36,912 nt of DNA from Octopus bimaculoides (taxonomy: Eukaryota), in contig NC_068983.1 of NCBI RefSeq assembly GCF_001194135.2, positions 126,853,961-126,890,872 on the forward strand, written 5' to 3'. The number at the start of each line of letters is the position of its first letter. The stretch's first letter is position 1. The notes beneath the pieces are model-generated. The model was not told the origin of the DNA. It ran no database searches and saw nothing but the letters and a program-made list of their open reading frames with translations. The position numbers and the translations under genes are program-made. Positions 13,066 to 25,730 of this stretch are shown in pieces.

Positions 13066-13480
13066 NNNNNNNNNNNNNNNNNNNNNNNNNNNNNNNNNNN
13101 NNNNNNNNNNNNNNNNNNNNNNNNNNNNNNNNNNNNNNNNNNNNNNNNNNNNNNNNNNNNNNNNNNNNNNNNNNNNNNNNNNNNNNNNNNNNNNNNNNNN
13201 NNNNNNNNNNNNNNNNNNNNNNNNNNNNNNNNNNNNNNNNNNNNNNNNNNNNNNNNNNNNNNNNNNNNNNNNNNNNNNNNNNNNNNNNNNNNNNNNNNNN
13301 NNNNNNNNNNNNNNNNNNNNNNNNNNNNNNNNNNNNNNNNNNNNNNNNNNNNNNNNNNNNNNNNNNNNNNNNNNNNNNNNNNNNNNNNNNNNNNNNNNNN
13401 NNNNNNNNNNNNNNNNNNNNNNNNNNNNNNNNNNNNNNNNNNNNNNNNNNNNNNNNNNNNNNNNNNNNNNNNNNNNNNNT
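13066..13480. other. Assembly gap
   Basis: 415 N flanked by (AT)n. Confidence 1.
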
Positions 13481-16400
13481 ATATATATATATATGTAAAC
13501 CTATAAACCGCATATAGTGTTGGCCGGCAGTTGCTACTAATTAGCCACATTACAGCAGTGACTGAGATGAAGCAAGATCAATATCGTATTAGTGTAATAT
13601 CTTTTTTTTTACCATATCCATTTTGGCCTTCGTTGTAAGGACGTGATTCTAAGGAAATTTGTCTGCTTATTGATATTTCATTCACTTCTAATTTATACTC
13701 TTGAATCATTTAAGAAATTTGCGATCTCCAAAGTGTGTAGCATGTTTTGTGCCGTTAACTGATAGCTTCACTCATTACATGCCAGCAATTATTTACATTT
13801 AAGATTTTTGCGCTTGCAACGATAGGAAATTAATCACGATAGTCTAAGACACAATGTTTTGACATGAGTAAAAAGACACATTCTCCTAGTGTGAAATAAG
13901 GGGTTTTATCGGTGTCTATCTGACCGTAATAAATCTTACTGCCTCGCGAGAAAATGCTAAAGTACGAGCATGATGGAAGGGAAGTTACTGAAAAGATTAA
14001 GTTTTTAGAATCTGTCCATTTATCAAATGAATCTCTAGGAAACACTAGAGCTTTCACATGTGCAAAAATTATTCAATTTAGTGAATGATTACATGTAAAA
14101 ACCTGTCATGAGGTATAACTGCATGCTTTCCATTTCATTTGCTATCGAGACCCAATAAGAGTTACTATATATAAATCCTATAGGTATTTTCATACGGGTG
14201 TGTTGCATATGTTAAAAAATTAGTTTAACTAATACTTGTGATGTGTAAGGACGTTCTCATACATATTAAGGGATATACTTGTACTAAATGAAACGTATAT
14301 ACATTGTTTCAAAATAAGGAACAAATAGCCTTTTTTACTTCGAACGCAACTTGTTGTGTTTAATACATAGCAAAATATGAAGTCTTTAAATTTCCAAATG
14401 TCCTGTACTATATATAACTCTATAGCATACAGAAAGATAGATTATGCCATCCTGTAATTTGGTTATTATATGTACTAATACATATATCGTTCGTGTACAA
14501 AAGGAACAGAATGGAACACATATTATAAATTTAGTTTACGGTGAATTGTATTAATTTGGGGTAAAAGCGCCAGGGGTGTTGTGAAACACTGTATCGAGAA
14601 CGCAGGAGTTGAGGTTTTCTAACGAAAATATAGATGACGTATGAATTTGATGTAGGTTTCTCGATCCATAACTACTTCAATTAGTTGCTAATTTCAATTT
14701 CCAGAATATGAAATGTTGATTTAATAATGAATTTCATCTAATAAACTGTATAACTGTATTCATATATGAATACAGATATACATATTGGACATTCATTCTA
14801 CAAAATTGTCATTTACTTTTGGAAATGAAAGTTATAAGAGGAAGATATATGATTTCCTTCCATAAAGATGATCATTGGTGGATAGCTTGTCGGAGATGGT
14901 TCGCTGTGAGGATTGTAATTGTATATCGAAACAAAATTACCACAAACGTCGTACATTTAACACTAAATATACAATGAATTTTACCAACTATCCATAAGAT
15001 ATAGATACAGATTTAAGATATAGATATGATATAGATGATTAATTATTATATTTATAAAATCCCAGTGTTTTGATAAATACTTCAAGCATATCATTATTTT
15101 TCTAAGGGTGAATAGTAAATTACACGCGAGAAAAATACATCCTGACATATAATTTAAAGGAATAATCATAAGCCACTGCAATTCAATGATGAAGGTGCTT
15201 GCTCACACTAATGCAAAACGCAGTCAATGATATCAAGTTGTACCAAATTGGAAATGACAAAAAAATTTAAGCAATATAATCCTTAATATAGAAATGACGT
15301 TCTGGGATGCGTTTAGTCACAAATTTGCGCAATAAGATGTGAGCAATAGTAAACAACATGAACCATCACATGCACGAAAGTAAGACGATCGGAAGAACTT
15401 TTGCTGCATATCATGTTTCATTCTTTGCCTCTCACTGCATTTGTTTTGATAAATCTCTCATAATCTCTCTAATACTCACGTACATAATGGGCAAATTTAT
15501 AGATACTACAACGAATATTTTATTTGTATATATCCAATCATTAAAAAGAAAACTCACTCTTAGAAAGTAAAGATTCGTTACAACTGCTGAAATCCAAACG
15601 CCTATGTTAAAACAAAAACTTAGTCGGTTTCCTAAACATATCGAATATTGAGTCTATGTGTTTTCATTTCCTGCCTGATATCGAGTTCTGTGTAAGACGT
15701 TTTATATATTTTACTCAGATTACAATATAATACACAAGGTATTTTAATGAATTATACACGTACCGTCTAATAACATATTCATATAAAAAAATCCAGGACA
15801 ATTTTATGTCACATGCATAGAAATTGTCAACAAAATTGCTCTAAGTACTAAACAGCTATATGTTTCTGTAGCTACATTGGAATGAATTGAGGTGACACTT
15901 CTATATAGATAGATCAAAATAATAACGTATATATTAGTATCTGAGAACAGGAGACAGTTGTAAGGAAATCGAAAACTAGTATAATGGTGTTCATATATTT
16001 TACTAATGTAATGAGACGGTTTATATCATTCCTGGATAAAAACAACGTTGCACAGTTTTTGTCTATTTGTGTTCAAATATACACATAAATAGAGAGCATT
16101 ACTTATAATTGCCTAACAAATGTTCCCAGTTATGTTCGTATTAGATTTGATGCACATCAATGTGTATGAAAACCACTTGATTTGTTATTATCACATTTAT
16201 ACTAATGAAACTGCATGATTACCAGCATCATTAATGTCTGAGATATATTAAGCACTAACACACACATGCAATAATTACATGTCAGAATGGAAATGGTGTT
16301 TGGAATTCAAAACAAAAATAGTTATACGCAACATTTAAGACGCAATCAATTACAAAAACTGTGTGATACTTATTGTACAGATTTTCGAAATTAATATATT

Positions 16401-16998
16401 AGGAGACTACATGTTATACGCTTTTCATATATATCAAGTTTAGTGTAATATGAATGAGAAGATGGACAATATAGGCCATTAGAATTTGAAGTTGCATTCC
16501 TTTCCCTTATAATCGACGTATTTTGAGACTCTTTCTTGATAATCATTTATTCATACTTCATTGGAATGATTTTTTTACTTAACATTTCTTTTATTCATTA
16601 TCTTTACTTATATTTCCATTTCACGCGGTTTTCTGTACGCTAAGTATTTTAGATTCCTAACCAAAATTGATACCATAAACCTAAACCGTGTTGTGTGCCT
16701 TTGTTTATCTTTTCTGAAAACTAAATTCCGTATTCCAACTGAAGAATATATATAATTTACAGATTTGTTTTATAGTCCAAAGCCACTCGCATCTTTGTTA
16801 TAAATCATGAAATGTGAATTCTGCGCCTAGTTAACATGGGCAACAAGTAAGCTGATGCAGTGAATATTTCTCATGGGAAATGATAAATGCAATTTCTATA
16901 CAAGGCTATGCATTATTCGTATATTTAAAAATTCTGATGTAGCGAAAATCAAACCTAAAACACTGAAGTGTATATCTGTTTTTCTATCTCTCTATCTC

Positions 16999-17039
<41 letters not shown>

Positions 17040-17207
17040 NNNNNNNNNNNNNNNNNNNNNNNNNNNNNNNNNNNNNNNNNNNNNNNNNNNNNNNNNNNNN
17101 NNNNNNNNNNNNNNNNNNNNNNNNNNNNNNNNNNNNNNNNNNNNNNNNNNNNNNNNNNNNNNNNNNNNNNNNNNNNNNNNNNNNNNNNNNNNNNNNNNNN
17201 NNNNNNN
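17040..17207. other. Assembly gap following a (TCTA)n tract
   Basis: 168 N; (TCTA)n at about 16985-17039. Confidence 1.
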
Positions 17208-17555
17208 AGCGGGTACAGAGGTATAGATGGAAACTACGTCTTAACTAAAAGGGTATTTGTTAGTTTCAAGCATGCACTATTTTGTAAACGTAATACACGG
17301 CACTTATAAACATATATTCACTCTTATTTTTCCATCGTTCCCATAAACAGAAAAAAAAAATTACATTTTAAAATTTACAGTTACAATTTCATATCTACAA
17401 AAATATTGTATACAAAAAAATATTTTATATGCAAAATATTGTGGTCACAATTTCACAGAGGTAAAAATGTAATGCATCATGGCATATTCTGAAAACCACA
17501 TCGTTGGTAACTTTATAAGTCAGATCCAATACACATTCCAGTTGGCATCAACATT

Positions 17556-17830
17556 TCAAGCCAATACTTCTTTGCAGACTATGTTTTTTCGTATACGTTC
17601 TCCCTCTTTTTTCACCTTGTGTGTCAGTGTTGATAACTTTAATCCTCACATCAGATAATTTGCCAGCTCTTGAGAATACAACATATAGCTGACCATGGTC
17701 GAATAAGGTTCAGGCAAGAACAGCTCCACTTTATCAAATGTCCGCCCTTGTGATTTATTGAGAGTCATTGCACATGACATGTGAATGGGGAACTGGTTCC
17801 TTTCCAAAATGAATGGCAAGTTTGAGATGC
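17556..17830 (-). mobile_element. Helitron Rep/Hel helicase C-terminal remnant A (PIF1-like motifs V-VI)
   Basis: The minus strand reads SNLPFILERNQFPIHMSCAMTLNKSQGRTFDKVELFLPEP / FDHGQLYVVFSRAGKLSDVRIKV...TYT / KNIVCKEVLA*. This matches the Helitron consensus LPFxLxRRQFPxxxxFAMTINKSQGQT..PVFSHGQLYVAxSR..TxNIVYKEVL, with two frameshifts. Confidence 0.9.
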
Positions 17831-17926
17831 GTGTTAATAGAAAAAACGGAGATAAAAAAAAATAATAATAAAAGATTACTTTTCAGTATACATTCATCAC
17901 CACCTAAGTATAATTATTATAAGATA

Positions 17927-18193
17927 CTAGCTGACCCAGTGCCGTCCACTAAGACGGCTAATTGTAGTATTTTGTATATAAACAATGTACATAACCAAGT
18001 TTTTAGTGTAATAATTCTTTTATTACCAATATTTTTAATGTGAAAATTCTATCCGCTAACATGCCTTGACCGTTTGCTCCCTTCAAAATAAATTTAAAGT
18101 GTTCCTTCTTGCACGACTTAAGGCCACATAAAGCTGTCCATGACTAAATACGGGAGCTGGCGAGTAAATATCAATTTTTACGAAGCGACGTTT
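17927..18193 (-). mobile_element. Helitron helicase C-terminal remnant B with canonical 3' terminus
   Basis: The minus strand reads KIDIYSPAPVFSHGQLYVALSRAR / ..DRIFTLKILVIKELLH* (stop at 18003-18005). It is followed by the hairpin GCCGTC-TTAGTG-GACGGC (17941-17958), a 10-nt spacer, CTAG (17927-17930) and then T, which is the standard Helitron 3' end. Confidence 0.9.
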
Positions 18194-18317
18194 ACTTTCA
18201 GTTGCACTCAGCATTACTGAAACCAATCTAAACTCATACGACTTAAAACCACAAAAAGCAGTCCATGATTTATAGTTGATGCTGTAAAAACTCCCTGTTT
18301 AAGATTTATTTCATTCA

Positions 18318-18924
18318 TTTCTTAATATGAATAAATTAGGCACATGTATGAACTGTTAAATGTATATTTATAATATGTCTTTTCACATGCAATCAATTTA
18401 TATTTTTAATACATGAAGCAATAATTATTTTCTCTAATGAGTTTGTTTATGTGTATGTTTGTGTAGATATGTGTGATCGTAAACATTATTTGGAAAACAA
18501 CAGCTAGAATATGGATGTTAATTCAAATTAATACACTTTTCAATGCTATCTAGTGGCTGTATTTTGAGATGTAGCATTGATCATCGTTAATTACTGAAAA
18601 AACGTTGATTAGTTTATGCAGAGTTACTGAAAGAACACTGGGTAATAATTTCTTAATATAAATAAAAGACATGTATAAACTGTTGAATTAAGATGTTTAT
18701 CTTAATATACCTTTCAACTGTAGTCGTTATATATTCTTGATATACTGGCCCAATAATTATTTTCTATAATTAGTTTGTATATGTAGGTGTGTGTGATTGT
18801 AATAATCATTTTTAACAAAGCAGAATATGGATGGTAAATCAAATTAATACACTTGTGAACGTTATTTTGTGGTTGTCTTTTAAGATGTGACATCGATCAT
18901 CGTTTGTTGCTGAAAGAACGCTGG
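18318..18924. repeat. Diverged tandem duplication, two copies about 331 bp apart
   Basis: 18318-18607 and 18649-18924 share collinear blocks: TTTCTTAATAT, ACATGTAT.AACTGTT, CAATAATTATTTTCT, GAATATGGATG, CAAATTAATACACTT, GATCATCGTT and CTGAAA.AACG.TG. Confidence 0.85.
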
Positions 18925-19054
18925 TTCATACATTCAAACTTTCACATATTTCCCTCGTACACGCGCATACATACACACATATACACACAAACATTTGAAA
19001 GGTTGTTTGATTTTTTTTTACAGCATTGAATGTTCACAATCCCACTTCCATTGA

Positions 19055-19056
<2 letters not shown>

Positions 19057-19101
<45 letters not shown>
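19057..19101. repeat. (CA)n microsatellite
   Basis: Directly visible. Confidence 0.95.
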
Positions 19102-19104
<3 letters not shown>

Positions 19105-19444
19105 TCACATTTACATTCTTCCCTTTTGCGTAGACACACATATACTCACACAGAGCTGAAACGCTGTTTGATTCTTTCTTTCAACCCTTCGTGCCCTATT
19201 CATCTATCACCCCTTCCTTTCTCATTGATATGTTGTGTCGGAGAAAACATAAGAGAATCATTATAGTAGAAGATTATTAAATGAATAAAATTGTCATGGC
19301 TGAAATATGCATGACTATAGCGTGGGAATCAATGTGAAGATCTAGTAAAAGGTTCAACATATCAAACATTTCGGCAGATAAGTTCTCAATGAATAAAAGC
19401 AACCCACAGTCACTTTTGTGCGCGTCAGTGCTCAAGATTCATGA

Positions 19445-19483
<39 letters not shown>

Positions 19484-19484
19484 C

Positions 19485-19570
<86 letters not shown>
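19445..19570. repeat. Long (GT)n microsatellite
   Basis: About 125 bp, directly visible. Confidence 0.95.
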
Positions 19571-19572
<2 letters not shown>

Positions 19573-22500
19573 AGATGAATATTGACGTTATCTGGTTAAA
19601 TAAAAAGAAGCAGACATATTTCGAATGTTTATTCAGGTTATTTTATAGTGTCGAAGATATTATTCAGATACTTATTATGAATATGTTTTATTGAAAATAG
19701 ATGTGCAAAATACTTAGAAATGTTTGCGAAGATTCGTCGCCCATGTCACATTTGCTTCATTTCTATTCGCTCTTAAATGCTTGCAGAAGAGGATATTTGG
19801 TAGATCTAATAGGAAAGAAAAATAATTAAATAAATATTAACATATGGTATTGTTGTTGGTAGTGATGGAATCAAAAACAAAGTGTTATTGAATATAAAAA
19901 TACATTAAATGAATACATGAATAAAATTAGTGAACTGTAACGGACAGTGCTATTTATATGAGAGTGAAAAGGATGAGAAGACTTCTTTATAACTGATTCA
20001 AGTTTCAGTGCAAAATCGTAAAATATGACTGACTGAGCTGTTTGTTTTATTTTTGTTTTTACATCTTTATTGCTCTGTGGAGAGAGTTAAGATATGACTT
20101 CCAATTTATCTGATTTTCTGTTTTTGAAATCACTGTACTGAGAGTAACATTCTCAAGATATGTAATGATACTTGCTCTCCTAAATATATCGTCTTATCAT
20201 CGTAGTTCCAGTGTTTCAAATATAGTAGAGATAGACATTATCAGAGAAATTCTCCAACACAATGAATCTTTTTTCTCATCTTATAGTCACCAGTACGACG
20301 TCCACAATTTCTTATCTACTGTATGTTAATTCGTTTATGTGAGCTCTATTGCACTGCTATAATAGTGATATTTGGTGAAACCAATCTTGTAATCAATATC
20401 AAAGATTGTTTCAGTAACATGGAATACTATTAAAACTACCGACTTATGGGCTCCAATATTCTTTCAAATCGTTAATTGGTTTACTTCCATTTAGATCGCA
20501 ATACTCTGGGTTGGGATATTGGAAAAAAAAACTCTACCCTGAAATAATCCACTTATGATGTACACCATTGTTCGACTCTAAATTCTTCAATATTTAAATG
20601 TTCTCTGAACTATTGTCTGCAAGGAGCCTTATATTTAGAATGCCATCGATATTTTCACACGTAATTTTAATGTTGCCTTTAGTCTTCCTACAATGCAATC
20701 TTTGATTGCCTCACTAAAACATTCTTTCTCAGTAGTATGACATCCTGAGTTATGTTGCTGATGACTATCGTAGCACAGTTTGTCATTACACTGTTAATCA
20801 TCTTCAGCCAAGAAATTAGCTTCCTCTCTACTCTTATGATGAGAGAGCAAAAAACAAATTAAGCATTCCTTTACTCAAAATTTTCCTAATGTAAATTAAC
20901 TAACAACATCTAAATCTTAACTTTAATGTGTGCAATTTTTTTCGAATAGAGATATTTAAGAAGTGAATTACTTGAAAAGAAATAAATACGAAAACGTATA
21001 AAAGATAGTATTAAAAAGGCTTAGGATATTCCACTTTTCTCTTGTGACGTTTTCATCTTATATGACCAGAGAAAAAAATTGGTATCATTGCAGCTTTGTG
21101 CAGTTATAATATCCTAGTGAAACGCTTCCTCGTTGACGTCACATAGGTTATCTCAGAAAAAAAGCAGTATACCGCTATGAGAGAAAACAAAATTAAGTTC
21201 GTTCAGTGTTCCATGTAGTTGTAATTTTTGGTAAACCTTGATTTCTCAGTGTTTGCTAAGTATCATGTAATTCAACCGTTCTTAATTATTATAGGCACCA
21301 CGGGTTTCTTTAATGCTCTGGAACATATCATTTACACAGGTCAAAACATGTGTGAAGGAAACAGCATGAAATTACATCACATATCTTAATGAAAATTCGA
21401 TATAGCTGATATTGGCTACAAGTTTCTCTTTGTTTATTTTGTTTGTAGGTGCCTCTCATTTGTTTGCTGGAGGTTGCATAGAATGACGATATATGGGCTT
21501 CCATTTGAGGCTCTTAGCTGAGATATATTTAAATAGTTTTCTTCTGCGGTTTTCATGCAACAACCAACATCTTTAAACGCACTCCGTTGTCTGTGCAATA
21601 ATATGGATTACCAATAATATGTGAGCAGCAAATTATTACAAAAAACAAAAACACGCCCTTTCCTGTACGCAGTAATCCACTTTTGAATCAAATCTTAACG
21701 TACAGTCGAACATTAGTTTTTGTACATTTTGAAACGATAAGATATATCCCATATTTTTTTTTTGGGGGGGGGGGGTCAAATTTTGGACATTCTCAGAAGA
21801 TTGTTCTGTTTCTGCTAATTGTTTGGATAAAAACATTTATCACTTTTTCACATCTCACTATATGACATGATAGACTCCACTCTATCTAAATGATTCTCTG
21901 TCAATCTAGTTACACGTTACATTTGACGACATATTTCCGTCATAGTATTTATATGTATTTGTTAATGATGCTATCCTATATCTCCCTTTAAATTTAAATT
22001 TAAAGCTAAATTTAAAAAAAAATGTTTTGTAATTCAGAAATGTCTTGCCTGTTTAAATCTATTATGAAAAATTATTTCGTTTCAGATGAATGTGAACAAA
22101 AAGTTTAGGTATATTAGAGATTTCTACAATCTATCTTGTCAACGTTTATAGAAACCAATTACCGTTCAGTAATGATGCAGATATTACATTATATTAGAGC
22201 GTATATGAATTTTGCGACAAACAATTTAATAATAAAATGAAGTCATATTTGTGTTCCTTGTTTCATACGTTAGTAATGCTAAGCAACTGAATTTGCAGGC
22301 CAAACAGTTATCTCATCGATTGAGGCACGTAGATATTACAAAACATTTCAATATCTCCTTATGTCAGGGTATTTATATCGGTATGATTTACCTTTATCAC
22401 TTACTGATGGATTCCACATATGTAGTTCTTAAAAGTATAATTAAAAGTACTTAATTATTCTACCGAAACAATAAGATAATTATATATAAATACACGCAGT

Positions 22501-24191
22501 ACAAGTTCGTCTAATAAATGACAGCTTATAAATTCAATGTTAGAGCCGAAATTATGGGTAGAAAGTGAGAAACAAGACGCATAAGGTCTAAGACATAAGT
22601 GTTTCTATGTATATTGTGCAATTCATTTGAGGCTGAAACTGACTTACATTAATTTTAAATAAATTCTATAGGTTGTAATTACTTCAAAATTCTTCCGAAG
22701 CAATATTCTATTCTTAGTATCCATCCAATGATTGGTTCAACAGCAATTTGTTAACCTTAGCATTTCAAGGGAAAATAACTCTCACTTGTCAATTGTTGAT
22801 GCTAATGAGTGTCAAGAAATTAATTTCCTGAAACTTCCATGCTTTCATTATTCCAACGGTAAAACGGTCGCTATTTATTCAAAGCCAATGCATAATGAAT
22901 GATTTAGCACCATTGTAGGCAACGTTCTGTATTAAATCAATAGAATCATTTTCCAACCAAACCAAACTTCTGAATAGGATGAAGAACAATGTCAGCAACA
23001 TTGGGTCACTTCGACTTCATCGAGAAGATAATTGAGCAAATGGGGCAGCAAAGGTTACATTAATAATCTTATGTAATAAAGATAAAGCGTTATCGCAACA
23101 AACCTATTTTCATTATTATCAACCAATAAATGAGGATATAGAGGAGGAAATTATTGCAATTAATGACTTCTTGTATCTATTCTACATCTTTACAGTAGCA
23201 TAGATAAGACATATATAACTGATAGATGGAAATAATCGCTTAGTTAGAAGTAAAAGGAGACGATAGATACATAACTTACCAATTCTACTGAATGCTAACG
23301 AAGAAGAGAACGCGAACAGGAGTATCAGATCAGAGATTCTGATGGGAACTCAGAAAACGTTGGATGCGGGTAATATCAAAACTGTTTGGGCATAATACAT
23401 GCGCGTGCACACACACTCAGACAGACAGACACACACGCACTCGCACACACATACATATATATGTGTATGTGACTGCGAGAGAGTGTATGGTTTATATATA
23501 TTTTCAATGGCCGAATAACTGAAGTAATGTTGGCGTTGGTTCCCACCCCAGCATCTGAAACTCAGAGTTTTATTATGGCTACCGAATTAGTGTTACATAT
23601 ATGTGTGTGTGTGTGTATGTATATACATGAAGACAATTTCTTTTGTAGTTCCGATGTGTCGATTCGCGGTATTTGACCATAAATATGTGAGAGTGCCTTC
23701 TGTTATTATTCCGAAAATTCCGAATATAACAATCACAGTTGCCTTTCTTAGATATCACATTTGCTGATTTCTGCTTTGTGTTCCTTATATTTACGTAACG
23801 TTTTAACACGGGAGTTGTAATATACGTCTATGTCAGGACGATTTATATATCTATGTTCGAACATGTCTTATCCATGTGATTTCGTTAAGACGATATCTGG
23901 TATATTATCATGAATAGCTAAAATACTTTTACTACTAATATTACAAAGAATGATAATGCCTTAATTTTCAACCAATGTTTTCAGATCTATGGTCCCGTTA
24001 GATTTTTTCTCATATGGGAGCATCGACTGATAACATATGATTCAGGCGTACACAGGGTAACCAGTGGTGAGGTGATTAAATAAAACAGTAGGTAGGATCG
24101 GCTCTGAATTAAAGAATACTAGCTTCTTGATTTCCTTTGGTGTTTGAATAAGTCACCTTTAGAAACATGGGTGTTTCCTTCAACATCTTCA

Positions 24192-24239
<48 letters not shown>

Positions 24240-24240
24240 G

Positions 24241-24590
24241 AGTGAGAGAGCAGCGCGTGCCATCAAAGTGACACTGAGGTAAAATATACGAAGCTCAATA
24301 TACCCATCATGACTACCCGTATGATAACGGATACTCCAGGCACATGCAACATAACCATATGTGCACGATATGGTGATCTCATACAAAGATAAACAGCTCA
24401 TGAACTTGCTGGTGGCTTCGAGGCTCCCATTACTTCTACCCATGATCAGAAACGCACATATCATCAGCCAATAAGTGACATGATCATCTTTTTAATGTAA
24501 AGCAAATGACAAAACAAAAACATAACATTTCCAGTCAGTTAAGATCAGAAGACTTGACAGCCACTGTCTGGTACTTCTTCAGGGCATTGT
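24241..24590 (+). mobile_element. Non-autonomous interspersed repeat embedded in (ATT)n tracts, probably internally deleted
   Basis: It begins AGTGAGAGAGCAG.G..TGCCATCAAAGTGACACTG and ends CAGTTAAGATCAGAAG...CTGGTACT..TCAGGGCAT, with (ATT)n on both sides. These ends match a recalled high-copy Octopus repeat; the family was not verified. Confidence 0.55.
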
Positions 24591-24594
24591 TTTT

Positions 24595-24602
24595 GTTATT
24601 AT

Positions 24603-24697
<95 letters not shown>

Positions 24698-24702
24698 CCA
24701 GA

Positions 24703-24764
<62 letters not shown>

Positions 24765-24795
24765 GGATGATGATGGGAGGATGAAGAGGATGAAG
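24595..24795. repeat. Compound trinucleotide microsatellite (TTA/AAT/GTA/GCA/GAT/GAA)
   Basis: Directly visible; it produces ORFs 24506..24784 and 24579..24812. Confidence 0.95.
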
Positions 24796-25068
24796 AATGT
24801 AGTAGGTGTCAAATGGATGTCGCGAAGATGCCGATTGTTTTGTTGAATTTTGAAAATAATTTATCTTTTAACTTGTAGCTGCATATTTAGAAGAACTCCC
24901 GTCTTCAGTTAATGTAGAGCTTAGTGAGCCTGGTTGAAGGGAGAGAGTGGCTTTGAAATATGTTTAAGCAGATAGAACATACCACACACAAAGAATCTGA
25001 AAATAAAAGATACTGAAGGGTATTTGAACTATTTTCAAGTGGAAACACTTGATAAAATTCAACAGAAG

Positions 25069-25234
25069 TTATCCTTTCTATTATAGCATAAAGGCCTGAG
25101 ATTCGGAGAGCAGGTGGTTAGTCGTTTACATCGACTCCAGTAACCGACTAGTACTAATTCTTTCGACGCCGTAAGAACGAAAGGTGAAGTTCACCTAGGT
25201 AGTATTTGAGCTCAGAATCATAAACGGGCAAAAT
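25069..25234 (-). mobile_element. tRNA-derived SINE, degraded copy
   Basis: Collinear with the copies at 25334 and 25731 (ATCGACTCCAGT..GTACTAATT..TCGAC...GAAAGG..AAGT..ACCT...ATTTGAGCTCAGAA). Confidence 0.65.
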
Positions 25235-25333
25235 GGACGAAAATGTAATAGAAAGAGAAATTAAAGAAAAAAATATTCAGCGAATATAGAAGGATTCTGA
25301 AGGTGCTTAAAACAAAATTCAATATAAGGTGTG

Positions 25334-25540
25334 TTATTTTCTACTCTAGGCACAAAGCCCCAAATTTTTGGGAAGGAGACCAGTCGGTTAGATCGACCCA
25401 TTCCGTAGTAAGCAACTGGTACTTAATTTATTGACTCCCGAAAGGATGAAAGGCGGAATTTGAACTCAGAACGTAAAGACAGACGAAATACCACTCAACA
25501 TTTCGCCCGGTGTGCTAGCGTTTCTGCCAGCTCGCCGCCT
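25334..25540 (-). mobile_element. tRNA-derived SINE, near full length
   Basis: The minus strand begins GGCGGCGAGCTGGCAGAAACGCTAGCACACCGGGCGAAATG (A-box-like) and contains GAGTTCAAATTCC (B box). It ends in ..GTGCCTAGAGTAGAAAATAAC. At least nine related copies occur in this window. Confidence 0.9.
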
Positions 25541-25730
25541 TTTAATGTAAGGAATATTGTTAGAGCATTGAGTACATGGATAAGCGAACGTTAAATAGTT
25601 CACTTTTTTCTGAACTATTGAGAGTGATACAGGAATTAAAGAGATATCACACTTAATATAAAAGGTAGCACCTATAGGTTCTTTAAAAAGGTAGTGGTTT
25701 GGTGAACATAGATGAGTCCATTATTATTGC

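Noticed and set aside
21134-21141. Perfect CRE palindrome TGACGTCA
   Set aside because: A single 8-mer is near chance expectation in 37 kb, and there is no promoter context.
21986-22005. 20-bp perfect palindrome CTTTAAATTTAAATTTAAAG
   Set aside because: It is a low-complexity TTTAAA repeat that is self-complementary by construction.
22798-22845. DANEC...PC resembling a calcium-binding EGF start
   Set aside because: There is no splice acceptor before the Asp, the remaining cysteines are absent and there are in-frame stops nearby.
25334-25540. A-box and B-box sequences as tRNA genes
   Set aside because: There is no cloverleaf; these are the heads of a multi-copy SINE.
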